Source: Fibrobacterota bacterium (GTDB taxonomy: Bacteria > Fibrobacterota > Fibrobacteria > UBA11236). Taken from it: a stretch of DNA of 17,275 nt. The position numbers and the translations under genes were made by a program. The stretch covers positions 1 through 17,275 of the forward strand of contig JAYUVP010000334.1 in NCBI GenBank assembly GCA_043753995.1, written 5' to 3'. The notes under the pieces are model-generated. The model was not told the DNA's origin. It searched no databases and saw only the letters and a list, made by a program, of their open reading frames with translations. This document shows, piece after piece, positions 7,280 to 14,808 of the stretch; the first letter of the stretch is position 1, and each line of letters begins with the position of its first letter.

Positions 7280-8262
7280 CTGGGCTTTCGAAACTCTGGT
7301 TGGCGGGCATGCTTATGCTTGCCAGCGCGGTGGGACGATCTCATGCGGCCATTCGGCTACTAGCCATAACTCCTAATGGGGCACCCTTTCAACAAGCGCT
7401 AAAGGGCCTGGAATCCGATTTAGGCGATAGATACACGGTTCAGAGATTTGACGCGACTTTGCCCAATGCCGCGGATTCCTTGCAGGTGGTGATTCGTTCC
7501 TTTTCCCCGCAAGGATTGGTGCTGATGGATTCCAAAGCGATTCTGCTCATCAAGAATATGCAAGGAAACGACAATGAGTTGGCTAGCCTTCCCAAATTTG
7601 TGCTGATGACTTTGAAAGCGGAAGGCGCCATTCGAGGATTAAATAATGTGGCGGGCATTAAATTCGAAGTGCCCGCTTACACGATTTTCACCAACCTGCG
7701 CATTCTTTCCCGGCGCGACTTTCAAAGGATAGGCGTCATCTATCGGAAAAACTTTTCAGCCTTCATCGAAGAATCCGAAAAATTCCTTTCCAAGGAAAAA
7801 ATGGATCTCGTGGGCGTATGTCTGGACTGCGGCGTCCCAGGCCAAGTGAATGCCGGAACGATTTCCGGAAAATTAATGGAAGGTATTGCCTCCCTGGTCA
7901 ACCAAAAGATGGACGTCTATTGGATGCTCGCGGACAATAGCTTGGTGAATGAAAAAACCCTACAAGAGTTCTGGTTGACCCGATTAAAAAAGGAGGGGAT
8001 TCCTGTGGTCGTCCCCCTACCGAATTTGGCCAGCTTGGAATTGAAGCTTGGCATGTTCGGAGTATGGCCGGACTATCAACAACTCGGCATGCAGGCAGCC
8101 CAACAAGTCATACAGGTTTTCGAAGCGGGTGATAGCCCGGATAGCTTGGGCCTAGAACCCTTGATCAGTGTGCAAACCATAGTCAACTTAGAGGTGGCGC
8201 AAAGGGAGAAATGGACCTTGAACAAAGACAAGCTAAAGCGAGTCTCTATGGTTCTGAAATAG
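7276..8262 (+). CDS. ABC_sub_bind-like (type 1) periplasmic substrate-binding protein
   Basis: Signal peptide KLWLAGMLMLASAVGRSHA/A. Motifs QRIGVIY, DVYWMLADNSLV, IPVV and DYQQLGMQAAQ..IQVF, plus a TIVNLEVA..W tail, are typical of this family. The start is placed at the GTG at 7276 (GTGA overlap with the upstream stop, AGAGGGG upstream); the ORF track start at 7270 is an alternative. Confidence 0.75.
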   Translation: MTGLSKLWLAGMLMLASAVGRSHAAIRLLAITPNGAPFQQALKGLESDLGDRYTVQRFDATLPNAADSLQVVIRSFSPQGLVLMDSKAILLIKNMQGNDNELASLPKFVLMTLKAEGAIRGLNNVAGIKFEVPAYTIFTNLRILSRRDFQRIGVIYRKNFSAFIEESEKFLSKEKMDLVGVCLDCGVPGQVNAGTISGKLMEGIASLVNQKMDVYWMLADNSLVNEKTLQEFWLTRLKKEGIPVVVPLPNLASLELKLGMFGVWPDYQQLGMQAAQQVIQVFEAGDSPDSLGLEPLISVQTIVNLEVAQREKWTLNKDKLKRVSMVLK

Positions 8263-8278
8263 ATTGGATTTATTTGGA

Positions 8279-8306
8279 GAGCCACCTAAGGGCTCAAGCG
8301 TTTTTT
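8279..8306 (+). terminator. Weak candidate intrinsic terminator after the signalling operon
   Basis: GAGCC-acctaag-GGCTC hairpin followed by AAGCG and T6, in the convergent intergenic gap. The stem is short. Confidence 0.3.
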
Positions 8307-8319
8307 GTATAACCGGACA

Positions 8320-9642
8320 CTATTCGGCGGCTGCGAGTGCCTGGTATTCGCCGACCATGATTTCGAGCGCGCCATTGTCGATCACTAGAGTTCGCTTGGC
8401 TTTGAGGCCGATTTGCGATTCGAGGGCGGGCGAAGGGGACAATACGTATACGCGCGAGCCTTGGCATTTGGCATGGATGAAGCGACCGATTTTCGCATAG
8501 AGTTCGCCGAGGCCATCGCTGGTGTCTTCTAGGCGAACACCATAAGGCGGATTGGCGACGACAATCGCGTCTTTATAAGGGCCATCGAGACGACCGAAAT
8601 CTTTTTGAATGAGTTTGATCTTATCGGCATAAGGACCCGATTCAAGATTGGCCCGCGTGGCTGCGAGCGCGCGCGCGTCGATGTCGCTTCCTTGCAGGAG
8701 GCCGATGGGCAATTCGGTGCGGGCCGAGTCCATGCTTTGCTTGACGGCTTCCCACAGCTCGGAATCGAAATCAGGTAAAGTCTCAAAGCCCTGCTTGCGA
8801 CGGAAAAAGCCGGCAGGGGTTTGAGTGGCCATCATGGCGGCTTCGATGAGGAACGTTCCGCTGCCGCAAAAAGGATCGATGAGGCGTTGGGTGGGTTTCC
8901 AGCCGGTGAAGCGTAAAATGCCCGCGGCGAGATTTTCCTTGAGTGGGGCCTCAACGGTTTGCTTGCGATAACCGCGACGATGCATAATGCCGTCGCTATA
9001 ATACAAGCTAACGCGCGCATGATCTTTGCGTAAGAAAAGGTCGAGGCAAATGTCCGGGGTTTCGCGATCAATAGAGGGGCGTATGCCATGTTGATCGCGC
9101 AGGGCGTCGACCACGGCATCTTTGAGTTTGAGCGCGGCGAATTGGCTATGCGTGATGGCGCTGTCGGAAACCGAAGCGGTTACTTTCAGGGTTTGATCGG
9201 GCTTGAGTATAGCCGACCAATTCCACTTATAGGCCTGATCATATAGCTCGTCAGCGTCATGGCAGGGAAAGGTGGCGATGGGGCGCAACACGCGCGAGGC
9301 TAGGCGCGAGCCATAAACAACGCGATAAACTTCTTCTTGGCTGAGATTCACATCGACACCGAGGCCTTGGCACTTGGCATCGGGTATGCCCATGTCGGCC
9401 AATTCTTGCGCCAGGAGCTTTTCCAGGTTGCGGGCCGTCGACAAGAAAAACGGATGCCGGTGAAAGTTCACATCGGCTTCGGGAAATTCGGGCATAGCGG
9501 CAACGCTCGCCTTCTGGGATGTTTTTTTCTTCGGAGCTATGGCCTCATCGACGGGCTTTTTGCCAGCCTTTAGGGAGGCCTTGGGCTTGGAAGCAGGTAG
9601 GTCGGGACCATGCCCCGGCTTGACGGGTTGCCGAACGGGCAT
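8320..9642 (-). CDS. rlmL: THUMP-domain class I SAM-dependent RNA methyltransferase (RlmL-like, 23S rRNA m2G2445; UPF0020)
   Basis: 440 aa. Motifs NLEKLLAQEL, SRLASRVL, KDAVVD, MHRRGYR...APLKENLAAGIL, DPFCGSGTFLIEAA, GSDID and NPPYG. There is no RlmK C-terminal fusion. About 50-60 aa of Lys/Pro-rich N-terminal extension are present (alternative start MPEF). Confidence 0.88.
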   Translation of the reverse strand: MPVRQPVKPGHGPDLPASKPKASLKAGKKPVDEAIAPKKKTSQKASVAAMPEFPEADVNFHRHPFFLSTARNLEKLLAQELADMGIPDAKCQGLGVDVNLSQEEVYRVVYGSRLASRVLRPIATFPCHDADELYDQAYKWNWSAILKPDQTLKVTASVSDSAITHSQFAALKLKDAVVDALRDQHGIRPSIDRETPDICLDLFLRKDHARVSLYYSDGIMHRRGYRKQTVEAPLKENLAAGILRFTGWKPTQRLIDPFCGSGTFLIEAAMMATQTPAGFFRRKQGFETLPDFDSELWEAVKQSMDSARTELPIGLLQGSDIDARALAATRANLESGPYADKIKLIQKDFGRLDGPYKDAIVVANPPYGVRLEDTSDGLGELYAKIGRFIHAKCQGSRVYVLSPSPALESQIGLKAKRTLVIDNGALEIMVGEYQALAAAE

Positions 9643-9654
9643 GCTGGGTAAGTT

Positions 9655-9710
9655 AAAAAAAATTCAACATCCCGCGCCGCCCACTCCACAAGGAATGGGG
9701 GCATCGGGGA
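9655..9710 (-). terminator. Probable intrinsic terminator downstream of the RRM gene
   Basis: The minus strand gives a CCCATTCC-ttgt-GGAGTGGG stem extended by GCC/GGC and CCCG/CGGG pairs, followed a few nt later by a T8 run (A run at 9655-9662 on +). Confidence 0.45.
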
Positions 9711-9716
9711 GAAAAC

Positions 9717-10199
9717 TCAATACATTCCGCGATTTTGGACATTGGGGCCGCGCTGATCACGGGGACCGCGATTCCCGCCGCCACCATAACCGCCGCCACC
9801 GCCACCGCCGCCGCCATAGCCGCCCCGGTCCCCTCCGCCGCCATATCCACCCTGGCTGCCGCCGCGATCACCGCCACGGTCGCCGCCGCTATATCCACCC
9901 TGGCTACCGCCGCGTTCGCCTCCGCGATCTCCGCCCCGGTCACCGCCTCCGCCTTCTTCGCGGGGACGAGCTTCGCGGGCATTGATGCGGCGTCCGAGCA
10001 TTTCGGACCCGTTCACGCTTTCGACGGCCTTGCGGCCGGCCTCTTCATTGTCCATTTCGACAAAGCCAAAACCGCGCGAGCGGCCGGTCATGCGATCACG
10101 GATAATGCGCGCCGAAGTGACATTTCCGAAGGCAGCAAAGGCCTCGCGCAAATTGTCGTCGGTGGCGGTGTAGGGGATATTGCTGACATAAATATTCAT
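9717..10199 (-). CDS. RRM (RNP) RNA-binding protein with a glycine/RGG-rich tail
   Basis: RNP2 (IYVSNI), DRMTGRSRGFGFVEM (RNP1) and GRRINAREARPRE, then GGDRGG/GGY repeats. The start is reassigned to the ATG at 10199 because AAGGA lies 7 nt upstream, giving 160 aa. Confidence 0.95.
   Translation of the reverse strand: MNIYVSNIPYTATDDNLREAFAAFGNVTSARIIRDRMTGRSRGFGFVEMDNEEAGRKAVESVNGSEMLGRRINAREARPREEGGGGDRGGDRGGERGGSQGGYSGGDRGGDRGGSQGGYGGGGDRGGYGGGGGGGGGYGGGGNRGPRDQRGPNVQNRGMY
9781..9955 (-). repeat. Coding low-complexity tandem repeats (GGDRGG / GGSQGGY) in the RRM tail
   Basis: ATATCCACCCTGGCT occurs at 9843 and 9891 (48-nt period), amid (CCG/CCA)n glycine codon runs. Confidence 0.8.
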
Positions 10200-10479
10200 A
10201 ACGGGATCCTTCGTTGGAGCCGCCAACTCGCTTTTTGCAGGGTAAAACCTTTATGGCGGGGGTTTGCGCTTGGCACCGACTGAAATCGTATTTGAGATAA
10301 AATTCGCCACGAGTTGGCAGCTCAAATATAATGCGCTCTTGGAAAGGTCAAATGCCCTTTTTCAGCAAAATGTGTGTGAAAACCCTGCAAAATGGCAGGA
10401 AAAGGGGGTAGAAGGAGGAAAGAGGAGGGGCTGGAGGTCAAAGATAGGCGGGAAAAGACTAAATCATGGCTCTATCGCC

Positions 10480-10890
10480 ATGAAATCAACTAAAGTCACC
10501 TTTGCATCCATCGACGAATATATTGCCCTTTTCCCGGCAAAAACGCGAGTGCTTTTGGCTGAAATGCGCAAGGCCATTCGCGATGCGGCCCCGGAGGCTA
10601 CGGAGAAAATCAGTTATCAAATCCCTACGTTTTGGTGGCAGGGGAATTTGGTGCATTTTGCGGGCTATGCAAAGCATATCGGCTTTTACCCGGGAGCGGA
10701 GGCGATGCACCGATTCTCGAAGGAATTTTCCCAATACAAAAGCGCTAAGGGATCGGTGCAATTCCCTTTGGATGAGCCCTTGCCTTTGGCTCTTGTTAAG
10801 AAAATCACGAAACTTCGAGTAAAGGAAAATACGGAGAAAGAAAAATTGAAAAGGGCGAAAGGCAAGGCCGCAAAAGTGAAGCGTGGGTAG
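10480..10890 (+). CDS. DUF1801 / YdhG-like protein
   Basis: SIDEYIA.FP...L..MR.AIR.AAPEA.EKISYQIPTF...GNLVHFAGYAKHIGFYPG...YKSAKGSVQFPLDEPLP..LVKKI is the characteristic pattern. The start is placed at MKSTK (10480). The tail is basic and Lys-rich. Confidence 0.88.
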   Translation: MKSTKVTFASIDEYIALFPAKTRVLLAEMRKAIRDAAPEATEKISYQIPTFWWQGNLVHFAGYAKHIGFYPGAEAMHRFSKEFSQYKSAKGSVQFPLDEPLPLALVKKITKLRVKENTEKEKLKRAKGKAAKVKRG

Positions 10891-10944
10891 AGCCATAGGC
10901 GAAATCAGATCGCCCTCGGTTGCCTTTTGCGGGCCCCAACCTTT

Positions 10945-13428
10945 TCAAGCCACCGGTTCCAGTAAAACCACTACCGACCAAGCATGGGCACCATAATTGC
11001 CGATAATGGTTTCGGCCTCACCGGGATTCCAGTGATTGGCCCAAGGTTCGGCCCAGGTCGCCGTGTCGAAGAGTCGAAGCCAGTGGCGACCGGACTTTGC
11101 CGGGGGTAACGCAAAAGTGACTGGGCTGGCTTGCATATTGATGAAAACCAAGAAATCCTCATCGCCAACTTCGCTCCCATCCATGTGCACAGAAAGGCTT
11201 CTTTCACCTCCCTGCAAGTCGGTGCGCCCATCCTCACGCTTGAAGGAATAGGTGACATCGCCGCCTGAATCCGCAGTGAGATCGGCATAACGATCCTGGC
11301 GCAGGGCGGAATGGGCTTTTCGTAAGGCGAGTACGGCGCGAGTAAATGCGAAAAAGCCATTGTGCCCCAGGGCATGGCCGTCGCGCCCATAGTTGTCGTG
11401 ATAGCTTGGCCCTTCGATATTCCCGTCATTCCCCAATACGGGTACTTGGGTAGGCGCCGAGGTGCCCAGCATGTCCCAGTTTTGCCAAAGGCCCACGGTG
11501 TCCATTTTATAGGGATTGTTATTGCCGTTTTGAGTGCGACCGTATTCATCCCCTGCCACGGTCATGGGCACGCCGCGCGACAAGAATTGAATCAGGAAAA
11601 AATTGCGAAGGCGTTGGCGCCGCAAATTTTGATCTCCACCCGATGACCAACTGTCATTGTTGTCATTGCCGCCATCGGAAGGCCCAAAGGGCCAGGGAAT
11701 GCCATTGTTTTTGGCATCATAGCTGACCAAATCGAGCAAGGTGAATCCGTCATGGGCCGTGATGAAGTTCACGCTTTTTTGCGGCCCACCCTGATCGGCG
11801 AATTGGTCATAGTCGCCATTCAAGGAGCGCACGAAATTCCCAGTATTGGCGTCGCCCTTGAGGAAGCGGCGCACCTGGTCGCGATAACGTCCATTCCATT
11901 CCGCCCATCCCAGGGGAAAGCCGCCCACGTGATAACCATCGCCTCCCGTGTCCCAGGCTTCAGCGATGATTTTGAAGCCATGTTCATGGGCCAAGGTGGC
12001 GATGTCTTCGAGCAAATCCGAATTTCCGGAAAAGGCGCGACTTCCTTCACCGCCACGACCTAGCACCGTGGCCAAATCAAAGCGAAATCCGTCGACACCC
12101 ATTTCTTCGCTCCAATAAACCAGGCTGTCCTTGATCAAATCCTGCACCGGACGTTTGGAGCCGTCGAGATTATTGCCGCATCCTGTGCTGTCCCAGTAAT
12201 GTCGCTTGTCATCGGTCAGGGCATAATATCTTGCATTGTCGAGGCCACGGAGGCTGATTAACTCCGCGGTGTCGGTATCTGGGCCGTTACCGTCTTCCCT
12301 TCGCCATAAGCCACCCTCGCCATGATGATTGTAAACCACATCGAGATATATTTCGAGACCTTGATCATGAAAGGCCTTGGCCATTTGCTTGAATTCTCGC
12401 GTAGCGGCGCCGGGCTCTCGCTTGGTCGCAAAATGCACGTCGGGCGCAAAAAAACCATAGGTCATATAGCCCCAATAATTTCCGTGGGGCGGAACCATGG
12501 GGCCTTCCGGCGACGGATTTTCCCCATCGGGATTGAGGTCATTGGCGGTTTCATGCACGGGCAATAATTCCAGCGAAGTGTAGCCCATGGCCTTGAGGTA
12601 TTTCGCCATGAGCCCAGCGCCCAAATAGGTGCCTCGCAAATTCGAGGGAATATTGGCTACCCCCTCGAAGCCGGGAAGGTCTTTGAGGGTGGTGCGCAAG
12701 CGACCTGAAGAAGGGTGGCGGGTCAGGCCGCGCAAATGGGCCTCATAAATGACCGTGTCCTTTTGGGGCACCTTGGGCTTAATGCCAAAGTCACTTTCCT
12801 CGGCGAGAAAGACGGCCTTGGGGGCAAAACGCCCGGTGTCCACTTCGCGGCGAGGCAGGGGATTCAAGGCCTCACTCATTCCGCGGTACTGGCCCGCTCC
12901 TGTGCCATAGGCACCGGCATGATGCCCCAGGGCCTTGATGGCGGAGGTTTCCCGATCATGGGAAAATTCTTTGGCATAAGGGTCGACCAAAACTTTATTT
13001 GGATTAAAGCGATTCCCGTCATTATCGACATCATGCAGCAAGCCTAAGGAGCAGGATCCACGCCGCCAATGGGTATGAAATGGCCAATTCGGCCCCCAGC
13101 AGCGCAAGCCATAGAACAAATTCGGTAAAGGCGGCGCGGCCATATTCCAAGCGATGCGCGCGCGCCAAATCCCGTCGTCGCCCTTCACCATCCAATAGTC
13201 GTATCGGGCGTCTTCGCCGATGGGTTGTCGGTAAATTTCAAGCATCATGCGCGTGGCATGCTGGGAATAAACAGCAAAGGTCACGGAGGCGCCGTCTTCG
13301 TGCAATTGAGCGCCCAAACGATAACGCGCGCGCTTCCAAAAGCGATGTTCCACAGGCGCGCAGTCGCCTTCCAGGGGATGTTGATAGCCTAGTTTTTGCG
13401 TCAACGGAGTGGGCTTCGTCGTCAGCAT
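10945..13428 (-). CDS. Isoamylase / glycogen debranching enzyme (GH13, CBM48-like N-domain)
   Basis: Motifs VIYEAHLRG, ELLPVHE, NYWGYMT..FFAPD, LDVVYNH, GVDGFRFDLA (nucleophile Asp), IAEAWD (acid/base Glu), NFITAHDGFTL.D and GDEYGRTQNGNNNPY. The start is reassigned to the ATG at 13428 because a strong GGGGAGG Shine-Dalgarno precedes it, giving 827 aa. Confidence 0.93.
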   Translation of the reverse strand: MLTTKPTPLTQKLGYQHPLEGDCAPVEHRFWKRARYRLGAQLHEDGASVTFAVYSQHATRMMLEIYRQPIGEDARYDYWMVKGDDGIWRARIAWNMAAPPLPNLFYGLRCWGPNWPFHTHWRRGSCSLGLLHDVDNDGNRFNPNKVLVDPYAKEFSHDRETSAIKALGHHAGAYGTGAGQYRGMSEALNPLPRREVDTGRFAPKAVFLAEESDFGIKPKVPQKDTVIYEAHLRGLTRHPSSGRLRTTLKDLPGFEGVANIPSNLRGTYLGAGLMAKYLKAMGYTSLELLPVHETANDLNPDGENPSPEGPMVPPHGNYWGYMTYGFFAPDVHFATKREPGAATREFKQMAKAFHDQGLEIYLDVVYNHHGEGGLWRREDGNGPDTDTAELISLRGLDNARYYALTDDKRHYWDSTGCGNNLDGSKRPVQDLIKDSLVYWSEEMGVDGFRFDLATVLGRGGEGSRAFSGNSDLLEDIATLAHEHGFKIIAEAWDTGGDGYHVGGFPLGWAEWNGRYRDQVRRFLKGDANTGNFVRSLNGDYDQFADQGGPQKSVNFITAHDGFTLLDLVSYDAKNNGIPWPFGPSDGGNDNNDSWSSGGDQNLRRQRLRNFFLIQFLSRGVPMTVAGDEYGRTQNGNNNPYKMDTVGLWQNWDMLGTSAPTQVPVLGNDGNIEGPSYHDNYGRDGHALGHNGFFAFTRAVLALRKAHSALRQDRYADLTADSGGDVTYSFKREDGRTDLQGGERSLSVHMDGSEVGDEDFLVFINMQASPVTFALPPAKSGRHWLRLFDTATWAEPWANHWNPGEAETIIGNYGAHAWSVVVLLEPVA

Positions 13429-13538
13429 AATGGCCTCCCCAGGATGAAATGCCCAACCATTAGACATTCCCGGTCTGAAAAGGGTAATTCCCTTTGTGTC
13501 AGCTGGGTCCGAAAATCCGGCGAGTTAATATTTCTGCT

Positions 13539-14204
13539 ATGAAAATCATTTTATTCGGCGCCACAGGTATGGTTGGACAGGGTGCCTTGCGGGAATCCTT
13601 GAAAAGCCCCGAAGTGGAAAGTGTCTTGGCCGTAGGGCGCACTGAACTTCAAGTTAAGCATCCAAAGTTGAAGACCTTGGTGCATAAGGATTTATTCCAT
13701 TATTCCGATATTGAGAACCAGCTCACCGGTTATGATGCCTGTTTCTTTTGCTTGGGAACATCCTCGGTGGGCATGACCGAAGATCACTATCGCCGCCTCA
13801 CTTGCGAGTTGACCTTGGCGGCGGCCAATACCTTGGTGAAACTCAATCCGGGCATGACCTTTATTTTTGTCTCGGGAACTGGAGCCGATAGCAGTGAAAC
13901 CGGCCCTATCATGTGGGCTCGGGTCAAGGGCCAAACCGAAAATGCCTTGTCCAAGTTGCCCTTCAAAGCCACCTATATGCTTCGGCCTGGCATTATTCAA
14001 CCCATGCATGGCATACAATCGCGGACTTTGTCTTATCGCATTTTATACACCGTGATGGCACCGGTATTACCGCTTCTGAAGGCCATACTTCCGAAATACA
14101 TCACCACGACTGAGCGCCTAGGGCGCGCCATGATTGCCCTTGTTCAACAGGGAAGCGACAAGCACCTTCTAGAGAACAAGGACATCAATCAATTGGGGCG
14201 ATAA
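13539..14204 (+). CDS. Atypical SDR / NAD(P)-binding Rossmann-fold protein (epimerase-like, YraR/TIP30-like)
   Basis: MKIILFGATGMVG Rossmann motif, plus YDACFFCLG, FIFVSG.GAD, MWARVKGQTEN and LRPG. The ATG at 13539 is the natural start. Confidence 0.88.
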   Translation: MKIILFGATGMVGQGALRESLKSPEVESVLAVGRTELQVKHPKLKTLVHKDLFHYSDIENQLTGYDACFFCLGTSSVGMTEDHYRRLTCELTLAAANTLVKLNPGMTFIFVSGTGADSSETGPIMWARVKGQTENALSKLPFKATYMLRPGIIQPMHGIQSRTLSYRILYTVMAPVLPLLKAILPKYITTTERLGRAMIALVQQGSDKHLLENKDINQLGR

Positions 14205-14227
14205 AGCCCCAAAGGTTAAGCCTGGGT

Positions 14228-14797
14228 TTATCCCAGCTTGGCTAATATGTCCTTGGCGCTTACCGCTGCCTTGGGCTTGACGTTGAGATTCAAACGCTGT
14301 TTGGGATCGGCGTCATGGGTGATGAGATAAGCGCCCGCTCCCAAAACGGCGTCGAGCAAGGGCGCGACTTCAGCTTGGAGCGCGGCGAAATTGGCTTCAG
14401 TATTGGCCGCGATGCCGCGATTATTGATCACCAATTTCAAATCACCGCCTTCGAAAACCGGCTTGGTGTGGAAGGTGGCATCGTCTTCCAACCGAACCGC
14501 GCCTTGGACCAGATCTCGCAAGGTGGCGCGCAGCTTGTCGGCATTGCTGCCTTCCATGGGCTGGCGACGATCGTAGACCAAGCCAAGGCGGCCATGGGTT
14601 TTGTCGAGGATGACATTGGCGTGATGTCCCGATAGCAAATACACCGGTCCATCACCGACATGGCTATAATCGGCCACGTCGATGAAGATTTCGGGCGCAT
14701 CGGGAATCCAAGAGTTGAACACCTTGAACCAGGTTTCCGAGTGGGTATCGCCTGGGTTACTGAGGTGCATTTTCCAATTCAATTGCTGCAAGTTCAT
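14228..14797 (-). CDS. Hypothetical protein co-transcribed with the sulfite/nitrite reductase
   Basis: 189-aa ORF starting 11 nt after the reductase stop, with the Shine-Dalgarno GAGGA overlapping that TGA. It has a motif-like core FNSWI...IDVADYSHV.DGP..LLSGH...GRLGLVY. No function recognised. Confidence 0.75.
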   Translation of the reverse strand: MNLQQLNWKMHLSNPGDTHSETWFKVFNSWIPDAPEIFIDVADYSHVGDGPVYLLSGHHANVILDKTHGRLGLVYDRRQPMEGSNADKLRATLRDLVQGAVRLEDDATFHTKPVFEGGDLKLVINNRGIAANTEANFAALQAEVAPLLDAVLGAGAYLITHDADPKQRLNLNVKPKAAVSAKDILAKLG

Positions 14798-14808
14798 CGA
14801 TCTATTCC

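Noticed and set aside
6548..8262. ABC transporter operon
   Set aside because: No permease or Walker A/B ATPase gene is present, and the next gene is on the opposite strand.
9781..9955. Repeats as a possible CRISPR array or non-coding repeat
   Set aside because: The repeats are in-frame, degenerate at third codon positions, lack unique spacers, and no cas genes are present.
9735..10283. 182-aa Ala-rich ORF on the + strand (and the overlapping 9539-9985 and 9653-9982 ORFs)
   Set aside because: These are antisense or off-frame shadows of the glycine-codon repeats in the RRM gene.
10264..10479. 72-aa N-terminal extension of the DUF1801 ORF from a TTG start
   Set aside because: It spans promoter-like intergenic sequence, and family similarity begins only at MKSTK (10480).
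10891..10944. GGCGA-N7-TCGCC hairpin as a bidirectional terminator
   Set aside because: The stem is only 5 bp with no adjacent U-tract, which is too weak to call.
10971..11549. 192-aa alternative-frame ORF inside the isoamylase gene
   Set aside because: It lies entirely within a conserved CDS, with no RBS or recognisable motifs.
13429..13538. Longer starts for the isoamylase (13467) and the Rossmann protein (13494)
   Set aside because: A strong Shine-Dalgarno supports 13428, and the Rossmann motif begins at the ATG at 13539. The longer starts leave almost no room for divergent promoters.
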